NCBI GenBank assembly: GCA_028688055.1
Contig: JAQTYZ010000002.1
Location: 68,256 to 132,255, forward strand
Reading direction: 5' to 3'
DNA from: Patescibacteria group bacterium
GTDB lineage: Bacteria > Patescibacteriota > Patescibacteriia > Buchananbacterales > UBA6539
DNA length: 64,000 nt
Shown: positions 29,029-38,210 of the stretch, in pieces
Layout: each line of letters opens with the position of its first letter
How positions within the stretch are numbered: position 1 is the first letter of the stretch
Position numbers and translations under genes: made by a program
Notes under the pieces: generated by a model
Database searches by the model: none
What the model was told of the DNA's origin: nothing
Seen by the model: the letters and a program-made list of their open reading frames with translations, nothing else

Positions 29029-29083
29029 TTTATTATTTATTATACTTTATCATAGCCCAAAATTACGATATAATCAATTTACT

Positions 29084-30889
29084 ATGAGTAAACTTCAAAT
29101 CGCCATTATCGACTTTGGTTCGCAATACACCCATCTCATTACCAGGCGGATTCGTCAGCTCGGCGTGTTGGCCGAAATTTTTCCGCCGACGGTTAGCGTC
29201 AAAGAATTGTCGGGTATCAAAGGACTAATTTTGTCCGGTGGTCCCAACAGCGTCCATGACCGAACGGCGGTAAAATATAATGCTAAACTGCTCGATTTGC
29301 CCGTCCCGATTTTAGGTTTATGCTATGGGCATCAACTTTTGGCGCAGCATTTTGGCGGTAAGGTTGTGCCGGGCAAGACCAAGGAATATGGTCTGGCTCA
29401 TTTGGAAGTTATTAATAGCTCAAAATTATTTTCTGGGTTGCCCAAGCAAAGCCGCGTTTGGATGAGTCATGGCGATAGCGTTTCGGTGCTGCCGAAAGAT
29501 TTTATCGTCGGTGGCCAGACTTTTGATTGTCCGATCGCGGCCATGGCCAATGATAAAAAGAAAATGTATGGCCTGCAGTTTCACCCCGAAGTCAGCCATA
29601 CGGTGATGGGCCAGCAAATTATCAAGAATTTTGTTTTTGCGATTTGTCATTGTCGAGTTGATTGGTCCTTGGAAAAATATTGGAAACAAATTGTTGCTGA
29701 TCTTAAAAAAACCGTCGGTCGGCGGAAAGTCTTTTTATTAGTTTCCGGCGGTGTTGATTCGTCGGTCTGTTTTGCCTTGCTCGAAAAAGTTTTAGGTAAA
29801 ACTAAGGTTTTTGGTCTCCATATTGATAATGGTTTTATGCGTCAAAATGAATCGGCGCGCGTTAAAAAAGCTTTGGCACAAGCCGGCTTTGGCGGCCTAA
29901 AAGTCGTTGACGCTTCGGCCACTTTTTTGCAGGCGGTCAAAGGTGTGATTGATCCGGAAGAGAAGCGCGCCATCATCGGCCGGACTTTTTTACGCGTTAA
30001 AGACGAGGTGATGGCTGAATTAAAAATGAAGCCAGCTGATTGGATTTTAGGGCAAGGGACCATTTATCCTGATACCATTGAAACCGGTAGCACCAAGCAC
30101 GCTGACAAAATTAAAACTCATCACAATCGGGTTAAAGAAATTTTGACATTAATGAAATTGGGCCAAGTGGTTGAACCGTTAGCAACGCTCTATAAAGATG
30201 AGGTGAGGGAGCTGGGTAAAAAAATTGGGTTGCCAGCGGCGTTGATTAGTCGACACCCATTTCCGGGGCCGGGTTTATCAATTCGCGTACTCTGTTCTGA
30301 CGGGCGGGAAAAAGTTGAGAATTTAGCCGAAGTTAATCGTCGGCTGAAAAAAATTGTCGGTGCCGCTTATCAAAGTACGGTTTTACCAATTAAAAGTGTT
30401 GGGGTGCAAGGGGATAATCGAACCTACCGTCATCCAGCACTATTGTCTGGTCCAATGGACTGGGAAAAATTACACCACTTGTCAGTCCGAATTACCAATG
30501 AAATGCCGGAGGTTAATCGCGTGGTTTATTTATTAAATCAAGAGCAAGTTGACCTTAATAAAATTAAAACGAAAGCTGAATTTTTAACCAAGTCGCGGCT
30601 TGATTTGCTCCGCGTCGTTGACGAAGGAATTAACAAGGTAGTAAAAGCCGAAAAATTAGCCGCTCAGATTTGGCAGTTTCCCATTGTCCTATTGCCGTTA
30701 GGGGTGAGGGGAGGATCGTCGATAATTTTACGACCGATCGAATCAAAAGAAGCGATGACGGTTAATTTTTATCGTCCGACCAAAAAAGTGGTTAATAAAA
30801 TGTTGGCCACGGTGCTAGAAAATGAAGCGATTGATTTGGTAATGTATGACATTACCAACAAACCGCCAGCGACGATTGAATGGGAATAA
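29084..30889 (+). CDS. guaA: GMP synthase (glutamine-hydrolysing)
   Basis: DFGSQYT, GLCYGHQ, QFHPEV, SGGVDS, HPFPGPGL, KPPATIEWE. Confidence 0.97.
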   Translation: MSKLQIAIIDFGSQYTHLITRRIRQLGVLAEIFPPTVSVKELSGIKGLILSGGPNSVHDRTAVKYNAKLLDLPVPILGLCYGHQLLAQHFGGKVVPGKTKEYGLAHLEVINSSKLFSGLPKQSRVWMSHGDSVSVLPKDFIVGGQTFDCPIAAMANDKKKMYGLQFHPEVSHTVMGQQIIKNFVFAICHCRVDWSLEKYWKQIVADLKKTVGRRKVFLLVSGGVDSSVCFALLEKVLGKTKVFGLHIDNGFMRQNESARVKKALAQAGFGGLKVVDASATFLQAVKGVIDPEEKRAIIGRTFLRVKDEVMAELKMKPADWILGQGTIYPDTIETGSTKHADKIKTHHNRVKEILTLMKLGQVVEPLATLYKDEVRELGKKIGLPAALISRHPFPGPGLSIRVLCSDGREKVENLAEVNRRLKKIVGAAYQSTVLPIKSVGVQGDNRTYRHPALLSGPMDWEKLHHLSVRITNEMPEVNRVVYLLNQEQVDLNKIKTKAEFLTKSRLDLLRVVDEGINKVVKAEKLAAQIWQFPIVLLPLGVRGGSSIILRPIESKEAMTVNFYRPTKKVVNKMLATVLENEAIDLVMYDITNKPPATIEWE

Positions 30890-30907
30890 GACGTTGTCAC
30901 ATTGAAT

Positions 30908-31510
30908 ATGAATCACCTGGTAGCGCTGAAAAAAATAAATAATCGGTATTTCATTTTAAGGCACGGACAGAGTCAGGCCAATGTGGCTGGTATTATTTTG
31001 AGTCATCCGCAAAATGGCCTTAAAGGCTATGGCTTAACCAAGGGAGGTAAACTTCAGGTTGAAAAGTCAATCAGAACTAATAAAGTTTTGGACACTCACA
31101 CCGAAATATACAGCTCAGATTTTATCCGCGCTAAAGAGACTGCACAAATCGTGCGGCGGCATCTTGGCGCCAAAGCAATTACCTATACGGTCCGCTTAAG
31201 GGAACGAAATTTTGGTGGCTGGGAGAAAACCAGTGATAAAAATTATCATCATGTTTGGCTTGAAGATGCCAAAAATTCCCACCACCAGCTTAAGGGTGTC
31301 GAGAGTGTGGCACAAGTCGTCAATCGGGTGACAAAATTAATTTTAAAATTAGAAAATAAATTTAAGAATAAAAAAATTTTACTGGTTGCCCATGGTGATA
31401 CTTTACAAATTTTGCAGACCGCTTTTTTAAACGCCTGCCCGTCGACGCATCGCCAGGTTAAACATCTGGAAGTGGCGGAAATTAGAGAATTAAAATTAAT
31501 TAAAACCTGA
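30908..31510 (+). CDS. Histidine phosphatase family protein
   Basis: LRHGQS, SSDFIRA, ERNFG, VAHG. Confidence 0.9.
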   Translation: MNHLVALKKINNRYFILRHGQSQANVAGIILSHPQNGLKGYGLTKGGKLQVEKSIRTNKVLDTHTEIYSSDFIRAKETAQIVRRHLGAKAITYTVRLRERNFGGWEKTSDKNYHHVWLEDAKNSHHQLKGVESVAQVVNRVTKLILKLENKFKNKKILLVAHGDTLQILQTAFLNACPSTHRQVKHLEVAEIRELKLIKT

Positions 31511-31696
31511 GATTGCCGCGTCGGTCGCCTATGGCTCCCTCCTCGCAATGACAATAAATGAGCTGCATCCTAGTGTTATAGCACGCGAACAAATTAATCA
31601 TTGCGTCATTGCGAGCAAAGCAAACTGCGTTGTGTCATTCCCGACAAATTACTTTACGTGTCATTGCGAGCGAACGAAGTGAGCGCGGCAATCTCT
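31509..31696. repeat. Cluster of GTCATTGCGAG-type REPs
   Basis: GAGATTGCCGCG..CTCGCAATGACA and TGTCATTGCGAGCG..GCGCGGCAATCTC plus partial copies. Confidence 0.85.
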
Positions 31697-31793
31697 CGGT
31701 ATTTAGTTTGACAAAAAATTTGTAAGGCTTAAGATGAGCCTAGGCAAAAGGAGGGTAATGCCCGTCCTTTTTAACACTGGAGGAAATAGTGAG

Positions 31794-32294
31794 ATGAATG
31801 AAACAGCCGCCGGGAAGTATCTAACTTTCGCTCTGGCCGGTAAAACGTATGGCATCGATATTTTGAAGGTGCATGAGATTATTGGATTGATGCCAATAAC
31901 TCAGGTGCCAACAACTCGCGAATTCGTGCGGGGGGTGATCGTTCTTCGTCATCGCGTAACCTATGTCGTTGACCTCCGGCGCTTCTTCAAATTTGAAGGG
32001 CAGAGAAACACGGAGCGATCCTGTATTATCATCGTACAGGTAAATCACAATGAGCAGAAAGATAAGGTCGGTTTGCTCGTTGATGAGGTCTGTGAGGTGG
32101 TAGCACTTAAGGAAGATCAGATTGAGCCAATGTCAGAAGAGACGGAGATCGAAATTAGCCGTGAATTTGTTTTGGGCACTGCCCGAATCCAAAAAGGTAA
32201 AATCGCCACCGTCGTTATGCTGTTGGATTTTGATGCCATGGGTCTCGTCGCCGCTGTTGTTCCGGTTGGCAAAGACGTGCCACCGTCGGTGTGA
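31794..32294 (+). CDS. cheW: Chemotaxis coupling protein CheW (orphan)
   Basis: YLTFALAGKTYGIDILKVHEII, ITQVP, VVDLR, GLLVDEV. Confidence 0.88.
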   Translation: MNETAAGKYLTFALAGKTYGIDILKVHEIIGLMPITQVPTTREFVRGVIVLRHRVTYVVDLRRFFKFEGQRNTERSCIIIVQVNHNEQKDKVGLLVDEVCEVVALKEDQIEPMSEETEIEISREFVLGTARIQKGKIATVVMLLDFDAMGLVAAVVPVGKDVPPSV

Positions 32295-32613
32295 CTTTTT
32301 TGAGTCGCACCTTTTTTTATCCAAAAACCGCGGGTAGTTACCGCGGCTTTTTATTTTTTGGTTGCCGGCATTTTATTGATCGGCCGTTCTAATTTCGGCG
32401 GCGCGAACTTCGTTAATTTTTTGAAACTCAACAAATGGTTTTTCAAACGCCTGTTTAATGTAGTAAAAAGATATCGCGGTGGCCGCGATAACGATGGCGA
32501 GTTGAAACCAACCGGTTTTCATTGTGTGGTTTACAAGCATACACGTAGTATAATAAAAAATTATTTTTTCGGCAACAAAATAAAAGTGGCAGCTATGTCA
32601 TCTAGCGCCACTA

Positions 32614-32973
32614 TTAAACGAGCCATTCATTCGGAACTTGCGCCGCTTTACCACAATGTGGGCATTGATAGGTATCGCCGTTGCCGTCAATAATCGAAAT
32701 AAAACAGTGATGGCAAACCGGTCCGTGGCAGTGCGGACAAAAAGTCTTGACGTTGATGGTCTTTAGACAATTCGCGCAAACCTGACATTCTCGCAGGCAA
32801 AAGTGTTCGCCGCACGACGGGCAAAGGCCAGTTGAGCCATCGCTTTCAAGGTCGACTCTAAAGCAGTGTCCGCAGAGTATTTTCCGGCACTGGTTGCAGC
32901 AAAATCGATTGCCGTTGTCTGACTGACAGTTCGGACAAGGCTGTGTTACCGTCAGGCTTAAATGAACTAACAT
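32614..32973 (-). CDS. Cys-rich tandem zinc-finger protein
   Basis: Eight CxxC pairs in two repeated halves; SD AAGGAGG. Confidence 0.7.
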   Translation of the reverse strand: MLVHLSLTVTQPCPNCQSDNGNRFCCNQCRKILCGHCFRVDLESDGSTGLCPSCGEHFCLRECQVCANCLKTINVKTFCPHCHGPVCHHCFISIIDGNGDTYQCPHCGKAAQVPNEWLV

Positions 32974-33027
32974 ACCGCCCTCCTTTCAGCTGTCCTAAAA
33001 ATATATTTTTATTTTTGGCTTGTCAAA

Positions 33028-34878
33028 TTAGGCTAGGTGCTTGTATTTTATCGCCAGACCAAACAATACAGCGGCCACGGCCAGGCCGCCGGACAGTAGG
33101 TATTTATTAATGGCGTTATGGGGTGGCGCGACGCTGTCGGTAATTTCTGTCCCTAAGATTTTGCCGCTGCCGGTTGCGGCGGTTGTGGTATTTTCTGGCA
33201 GTCCAACATTGATGGCATTTATTTCTCCCGGTGTGGGAGTATCGGTTAACTGCCAGTCGCCATTTTCATCTTTAATATAGCTGCTGCCTTCTTTTGAACT
33301 ATCATAAGTTGATTCGTCAATTATGTCACCGTTGGGCGAAAAAAGTCTGACACTGTCACTGTCATTATTTAAGGCAATTTTTGTTTGTGGTCTGGTAAAA
33401 ACCAGATAGCTATTCGGCTCAATGATAGTATTATCCAAAATGGTAAATGGTTTACTGCCGTTGACATCGTCATCAAGCTGCCAGCCGCTTAAATCAATTG
33501 GTTTAGGTTCATTATTATAGAGCTCAATAAACTCGTGATCAGTATCACTTCCGACTGGATCAGGTAAATATTCCGCTAACATGATGTCAGGCTTGGCCTT
33601 GGGCGATATGGTAAAATTATTTTTTTCTATTGTTTCCGGCGTGCTGGTGGCCGTGGTCGTCGCCAGTTGTTGGTTTGGGTCAACTATATTGATTGATAAT
33701 GTCGTTGAACTGGTCAGCCCCTGATCAACTGTCGCTGATAGTTTAATTTTAAATTTACCGGCGGACAAAAACAGATGTCTGACCATTTCGCCGTCACGAC
33801 TCTGCCCATCACCGAATTCCCAATTTAATGTTAACGCTCGATGTTGGGGATCAAAAGAGTCAGATCCATCAAACATAATTATTTCGCCGACCTTGGCCAC
33901 GGTTGGCCCATAGGCAATGGCCAGTGGCCAAATTGTCGGTGGCAATTCTAAAATTTTATTTGGTGAAGGTTTGACCCACTGGTAGTCGTCGCCGTTAATT
34001 TGGTAGCTTTCGTCTTCTTGGGCCAAATGGTTGTAGCTTATTTGATTAATAATTTTATTATTTTTGGCGGCGAGAGTAATGGTGTCCTTCTGGTTATTAA
34101 ATGCCAAGTTAGTTTGTTGTCTCAAGTAAACAACGATGCTTTGCGGCGACATTATTAAAGAGGGCAGGATAAAACTTTGTTTAGTCGCGTTGGTTATTGT
34201 CCAGCCGGTTAAATCAATATCGGCGTTGGAAACATTTTTTAGTTCAATAAATTCGTTAGCATTATCAGGACCGGGTGGATTTGGATAAACTTCGGTGATT
34301 AAGATGTCATCGCGCTTGGCCACGGTGATGGCTTGTTCGTTATCATCAGCGGCAGCCGTCGTCGGCACCGCTTTGGTGGTTTGATTGATTACCCCAGAAT
34401 TTTTTGGCGCGCCACCAACCGTTTCGTTAGTTTGCCAATTGCTATTATCAACTCGGACTAAAGTTTGTTTCGTAACATTGTCACCGCCCGGCCAGCCGTC
34501 TGAGGCTTTAAGTTGATCAATAATTTTTCCATTTTGATCCAACAGTTTTAGCCATTCGCCGGAATTACTAAGTGAGCCACTATAAATTTGATCGGCCGTT
34601 ATTTGGGGCACTGTGTCGTCATCAGTTCGTTCCAGTAAAAAATAGCCGTGTGCTGGAATTAGACCACTCAGTTCAATTGACGGTGTGCCATCAGCGGCCT
34701 CTAGTTTCCAGCCGGCTAGGTCGATATCATTTTCCGTGGCGTTGTATAAATCAAGCCATTCGTCGTTGCTGGAATTTTGCGTTCCCATCCAAGCGATTTC
34801 ATTTATTACGACCGTTGGTGCCTCAGCCCAGGCAACGGTTGGTAATAGTAGTAAGGCCAGCATGATTATTTTTTTCAT
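33028..34878 (-). CDS. Surface protein with three lamin-tail domains, a PKD domain and a C-terminal TM anchor
   Basis: INEI..EWLDLYN..DLAGW three times; WEFGDG; start reset to MKKIIML at 34878. Confidence 0.88.
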   Translation of the reverse strand: MKKIIMLALLLLPTVAWAEAPTVVINEIAWMGTQNSSNDEWLDLYNATENDIDLAGWKLEAADGTPSIELSGLIPAHGYFLLERTDDDTVPQITADQIYSGSLSNSGEWLKLLDQNGKIIDQLKASDGWPGGDNVTKQTLVRVDNSNWQTNETVGGAPKNSGVINQTTKAVPTTAAADDNEQAITVAKRDDILITEVYPNPPGPDNANEFIELKNVSNADIDLTGWTITNATKQSFILPSLIMSPQSIVVYLRQQTNLAFNNQKDTITLAAKNNKIINQISYNHLAQEDESYQINGDDYQWVKPSPNKILELPPTIWPLAIAYGPTVAKVGEIIMFDGSDSFDPQHRALTLNWEFGDGQSRDGEMVRHLFLSAGKFKIKLSATVDQGLTSSTTLSINIVDPNQQLATTTATSTPETIEKNNFTISPKAKPDIMLAEYLPDPVGSDTDHEFIELYNNEPKPIDLSGWQLDDDVNGSKPFTILDNTIIEPNSYLVFTRPQTKIALNNDSDSVRLFSPNGDIIDESTYDSSKEGSSYIKDENGDWQLTDTPTPGEINAINVGLPENTTTAATGSGKILGTEITDSVAPPHNAINKYLLSGGLAVAAVLFGLAIKYKHLA

Positions 34879-34889
34879 AATTTTATTGT

Positions 34890-34984
34890 TGTCATTCCGG
34901 ACTTGTTTGCCCCGCCGTGGCGGTGGATCCGGAATCTCGTTAACTGCTCCCCAGCCGAGATCCTGAATCAAGTTCAGGATGACA
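34890..34984. repeat. Composite REP pair, near-identical to 36487..36581
   Basis: TGTCATTCCGGAC-[TTGCCCCGCCGTGGCGGTG]-GATCCGGAATCTC, variable spacer, GATCCTGAATCAAGTTCAGGATGACA. Confidence 0.9.
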
Positions 34985-35215
34985 TTATTAAGTTAGTTAA
35001 ATTTTTTATAATAAAAGCGCACTAATCGTGCGCTATATTGATTTTGTCTGTCTTAATTTTTTGTCAGTCTGAACCGGTATTTGTCACCCTGAGCCGGTCG
35101 AAGGGTAAAGAGAAAACCCCGAAAGAATCGGAGTTTTCGCGCTATATTGAGCCTAAGCTCAGTTCCAACATATGATATTTTAGTAAATTTGTCAAAAAAA
35201 AGCCCGGTCGAATTT

Positions 35216-35374
35216 CTACTGGGGCGTGTTTTGCGTCAAAGACAGTTTATAGACAAGATTACACCGACGCGGATCCAAGGCGAAATTGGCAACAATGGTT
35301 GCCGGTGCGGTTTTGCGCGGACCAAGATCCGGCGGTTGGCTGAAAATACTGTCAACGAGTTGTCTAAGGTTCAT
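35216..35374 (-). CDS. Small hypothetical protein, 52 aa
   Basis: Own translation MNLRQLVDSIFSQPPDLGPRK...TPQ; purine-rich SD-like run upstream. Confidence 0.4.
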   Translation of the reverse strand: MNLRQLVDSIFSQPPDLGPRKTAPATIVANFALDPRRCNLVYKLSLTQNTPQ

Positions 35375-35516
35375 AATGTTTGTCTTCCCTTCGTTCAGCT
35401 GTTTAGGGGACTGTCAAAAACAGCTAAAATATAATATGTTAACAAAATTGTGTCAAATTTTTAGGAGGTTATTTTCGCCTTGATTAATGGTATAATTTTT
35501 GATAGATTAATGTTTT

Positions 35517-36554
35517 ATGAAAAATAATTTCTGGCAAAAATTAAAGAAGCCGATTATGGTTTTAGCGCCGATGGCCGATGTCACCGATGCGGCTTTTCGT
35601 CGGATCATTGCTAAGTATGGCAAACCGGATGTAGTTTACACGCAATTTGTTTCTTGCGACGGCTTATGTTCCGCCGGTAAGAAAAAACTTTTGGTTGATT
35701 TAAAATTTACCGCCCAGGAACGGCCGATTGTCGCGCAATTTTTTGGGGCTAAGCCGGCCAATTTTTATCAGTGCGCGAAGCTGGCTGTTGCGCTTGGTTT
35801 TGACGGTATTGATATTAATATGGGTTGTCCGGATAAAGCCGTGTGTAAACAAGGCGCCGGCGCGGCCTTAATTAAAAATCCAAAGTTGGCGCGTGAGATA
35901 ATTCGTGAAACCAAGCGCGGAGCGGGGGAGTTGCCCGTCTCCATTAAAACCAGAAGCGGCGATACTAAAGATTCGCTTGCAACTTGGCTGCCCGAACTTT
36001 TAGCCGAAACACCGGCGGTCGTTATTATTCACGCCCGCACGCGCAAAGAAATGTCCAAAGTTTCAGCCAACTGGGATTTAATCAAACAAGCCGTTGTTAT
36101 TAGAAATAAAATGAAAAGCAAAACTTTGATCATTGGTAACGGTGATGTTGTTGGCTTGGATGATGCCAAAAAGAAAGTTAGCGAAACTGGCTGCGATGGC
36201 ATTATGTTTGGCCGGGCGATTTTCGGCAACCCATGGTTATTTAATAAAAAAATAAAACCCGCCGATATTACTATTGAAAAAAAACTTAAAGTAATGGTTG
36301 AGCATACCAAGCTATTTGAAAAATTACTGATGCATCCCGCCGGAGGCGGGTCCGCCTCCGGCGGAAAGAATTTTGCAATGATGAAAAAGCACTACAAAGC
36401 TTATGTTAATGGTTTCGACGGGGCGAAAGAATTACGGATGGAATTAATGGAATGTGACAACGCTCAAGAGGTTGAAAAAATAGTATTGTCATTCCGGACT
36501 CGCTTGCCCCGCCGTGGCGGTGGATCCGGAATCTCAAGAGGCTCTGTCTCCTAG
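35517..36554 (+). CDS. dusB: tRNA-dihydrouridine synthase
   Basis: LAPMADVTD, IDINMGCP, HART, GNGDV, GRAIFGNPW. Confidence 0.9.
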   Translation: MKNNFWQKLKKPIMVLAPMADVTDAAFRRIIAKYGKPDVVYTQFVSCDGLCSAGKKKLLVDLKFTAQERPIVAQFFGAKPANFYQCAKLAVALGFDGIDINMGCPDKAVCKQGAGAALIKNPKLAREIIRETKRGAGELPVSIKTRSGDTKDSLATWLPELLAETPAVVIIHARTRKEMSKVSANWDLIKQAVVIRNKMKSKTLIIGNGDVVGLDDAKKKVSETGCDGIMFGRAIFGNPWLFNKKIKPADITIEKKLKVMVEHTKLFEKLLMHPAGGGSASGGKNFAMMKKHYKAYVNGFDGAKELRMELMECDNAQEVEKIVLSFRTRLPRRGGGSGISRGSVS

Positions 36555-36661
36555 TGATCCTGAATCAAGTTCAGGATGACATTATTAAATTAGCTAAATC
36601 TTTTTTTTGTCATTCCGGGCTTGATCCGGAATCTAGATCCTCACTTTTGCTGGAATGGCAA
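36487..36661. repeat. Composite REP cluster overlapping the dusB 3' end
   Basis: Second copy of the 34890 element plus TGTCATTCCGGGCTTGATCCGGAATCT. Confidence 0.88.
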
Positions 36662-36753
36662 ATCAGTTAGGAAAAATTGTCAGTCGATTTCTAAAAATTT
36701 GCAGGTAAGTCGGTTGACAACCAAGATAAAATTAGCAATTATAAGTATGAACT

Positions 36754-36982
36754 GCAGGCGTGGTGGAATCTGCCTGTCGGCAGGCAGGTTGGTATATTTA
36801 TCTCGCACAAATGATGGGCAAGTGGTGGAATTGGTATACACGCTAGCCTTAGGAGCTAGTGCCGCAAGGCTTGAGAGTTCGAGTCTCTCCTTGCCCACCA
36901 TTTGTGCGAGACACGCATATCTTACTTGCCCACCTTTGGCGGGGGAGCATGTTTCCGAGTTCGAGTCTCTCCGCCTGCACCA
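36754..36982 (+). pseudogene. Decayed outer tRNA-Leu split by an inner tRNA-Leu cassette and two REP hairpins
   Basis: GCAGGCG-TGGTGGAAT..TTGGTATA | CACGCAT..GAGCATG..GAGTTCGAGTCTCTC-CGCCTGC-ACCA. Confidence 0.85.
36816..36900 (+). tRNA. tRNA-Leu(TAG) flanked by 13-bp inverted repeats
   Basis: GGGCAAG/CTTGCCC, CTAGC-CT-TAG-GA-GCTAG, CCA; flanks TCTCGCACAAATG/CATTTGTGCGAGA. Confidence 0.96.
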
Positions 36983-37004
36983 TAATCAACTAAATATAAA
37001 TAGT

Positions 37005-37577
37005 ATGGATAATATCACCTTAGTCGGTTCACGATTACCGGAAATGATATTAGACGTTTATCAGCAGGATGAAATTAAGAAAATGGAGTTGTCAGACTAT
37101 CGCAAACAATGGCTAGTCTTATTTTTTTATCCGGCCGATTTTACTTTTGTTTGTCCGACTGAGTTAAGAGAGTTGGCCGAAAATTATGCTAAGTTTAAGG
37201 AGATCAATACTGAAATTATGAGCGTTAGTACCGATACGGTTTTTACGCACAAGGCTTGGCATGACCACTCTGAGGCGATAAAAAAAATTGAATTTCCCAT
37301 GGGTTCAGATCCGACCGGCAAACTTTCTAAAGCGCTTGGTGTTTATCTTGAGAACGAAGGTCTGGCGTTGCGCGGAACTTTTATTGTGAATCCGGAGGGG
37401 GAGATTAAGGCGATGGAAATCAACGACAACAGTATTGGCCGTTCCGTTGATGAACTCTTGCGCAAGTTGCAGGCGGCGCAGTTTGTCGCCGAGCATGGCG
37501 ATCAGGTTTGTCCTGCCAGCTGGCATCCCGGCGATGCCACCCTAAAACCGGGTTTGGATTTGGTTGGAAAAATTTAG
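37005..37577 (+). CDS. ahpC: Peroxiredoxin AhpC
   Basis: FFYPADFTFVCPTE, VCPASW; true start at 37005. Confidence 0.96.
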   Translation: MDNITLVGSRLPEMILDVYQQDEIKKMELSDYRKQWLVLFFYPADFTFVCPTELRELAENYAKFKEINTEIMSVSTDTVFTHKAWHDHSEAIKKIEFPMGSDPTGKLSKALGVYLENEGLALRGTFIVNPEGEIKAMEINDNSIGRSVDELLRKLQAAQFVAEHGDQVCPASWHPGDATLKPGLDLVGKI

Positions 37578-37583
37578 GTCCGG

Positions 37584-37710
37584 TGTCGTCTCGAGTTAAC
37601 CTAGACCCTGAAATAAATTCAGCACCAGATTCAGGATGACAGCAAATGATAATTGTGTCATTCCGGCCTACGAGCCGGAATCTAGATTCCCGCTTTCGCG
37701 GGAATGACAA
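37584..37710. repeat. GTCAT-type REP cluster
   Basis: ..TTCAGGATGACA, TGTCATTCCGG..CCGGAATCT, GATTCCCGCTTTCGCGGGAATGACA. Confidence 0.85.
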
Positions 37711-37723
37711 AATAAATAAACAT

Positions 37724-38017
37724 ATGTCCAACCAAAAATTATCACCTCAACAACAAGAAGAAAAAAAGGATTTGAAAATTGAGATTTTGGAAAAAGTTAT
37801 TGATTTGTCCACTGCCGGTTTTGGTTTGGTGGCGGCCTTGGCTTGGAATGATGCTATCAAGGCGATGTTTGCCAAATTCTTCCCGCAACCCGAGAATAAT
37901 CTGTTAGCGATGGTTATTTATGCACTGTTTATCACCAGTTTAGTCGTTTTGATCACCGTTCAGCTGGGTCGAGCTGTAAATTTAGCCAAAAAAAGTCTCA
38001 TCAAAAAGCAAAAATAG
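37724..38017 (+). CDS. Small membrane protein (DUF5654-like)
   Basis: TAGFGLVAALAWNDAI motif. Confidence 0.8.
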   Translation: MSNQKLSPQQQEEKKDLKIEILEKVIDLSTAGFGLVAALAWNDAIKAMFAKFFPQPENNLLAMVIYALFITSLVVLITVQLGRAVNLAKKSLIKKQK

Positions 38018-38032
38018 GCTCAACTTGGTCAC

Positions 38033-38061
38033 TTGACAACAGTTTTAACTTGAGCTATAAT
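38033..38061 (+). promoter_or_regulatory. Consensus sigma70 promoter upstream of the 23S rRNA gene
   Basis: TTGACA-17-TATAAT. Confidence 0.9.
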
Positions 38062-38183
38062 GATACAGTTAACTAGAGATACATCTAGCAATAACGCCAA
38101 ATATAAAAGAAGATATGATATTAAGTGTTCTAATTCATAAATTCCCAAGCGCATAACTGCCTCAATATTTTGGTTGAAATGCT

Positions 38184-38210
38184 AGCCGCTTGGGACCAAG
38201 CGGCTTTTTT
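38184..38210 (+). terminator. Intrinsic terminator with alternative antiterminator pairing
   Basis: AGCCGCTTG-GGAC-CAAGCGGCT-TTTTT; 38143..38151 is complementary to its 5' arm and loop. Confidence 0.8.

Noticed and set aside
34879-34971. N-terminal extension of the lamin-tail protein
   Set aside because: Translated REP sequence; the signal peptide starts at 34878
36621-37004. 128-aa N-terminal extension of AhpC in the ORF track
   Set aside because: Runs through REPs and tRNA-Leu; the real start is ATG 37005
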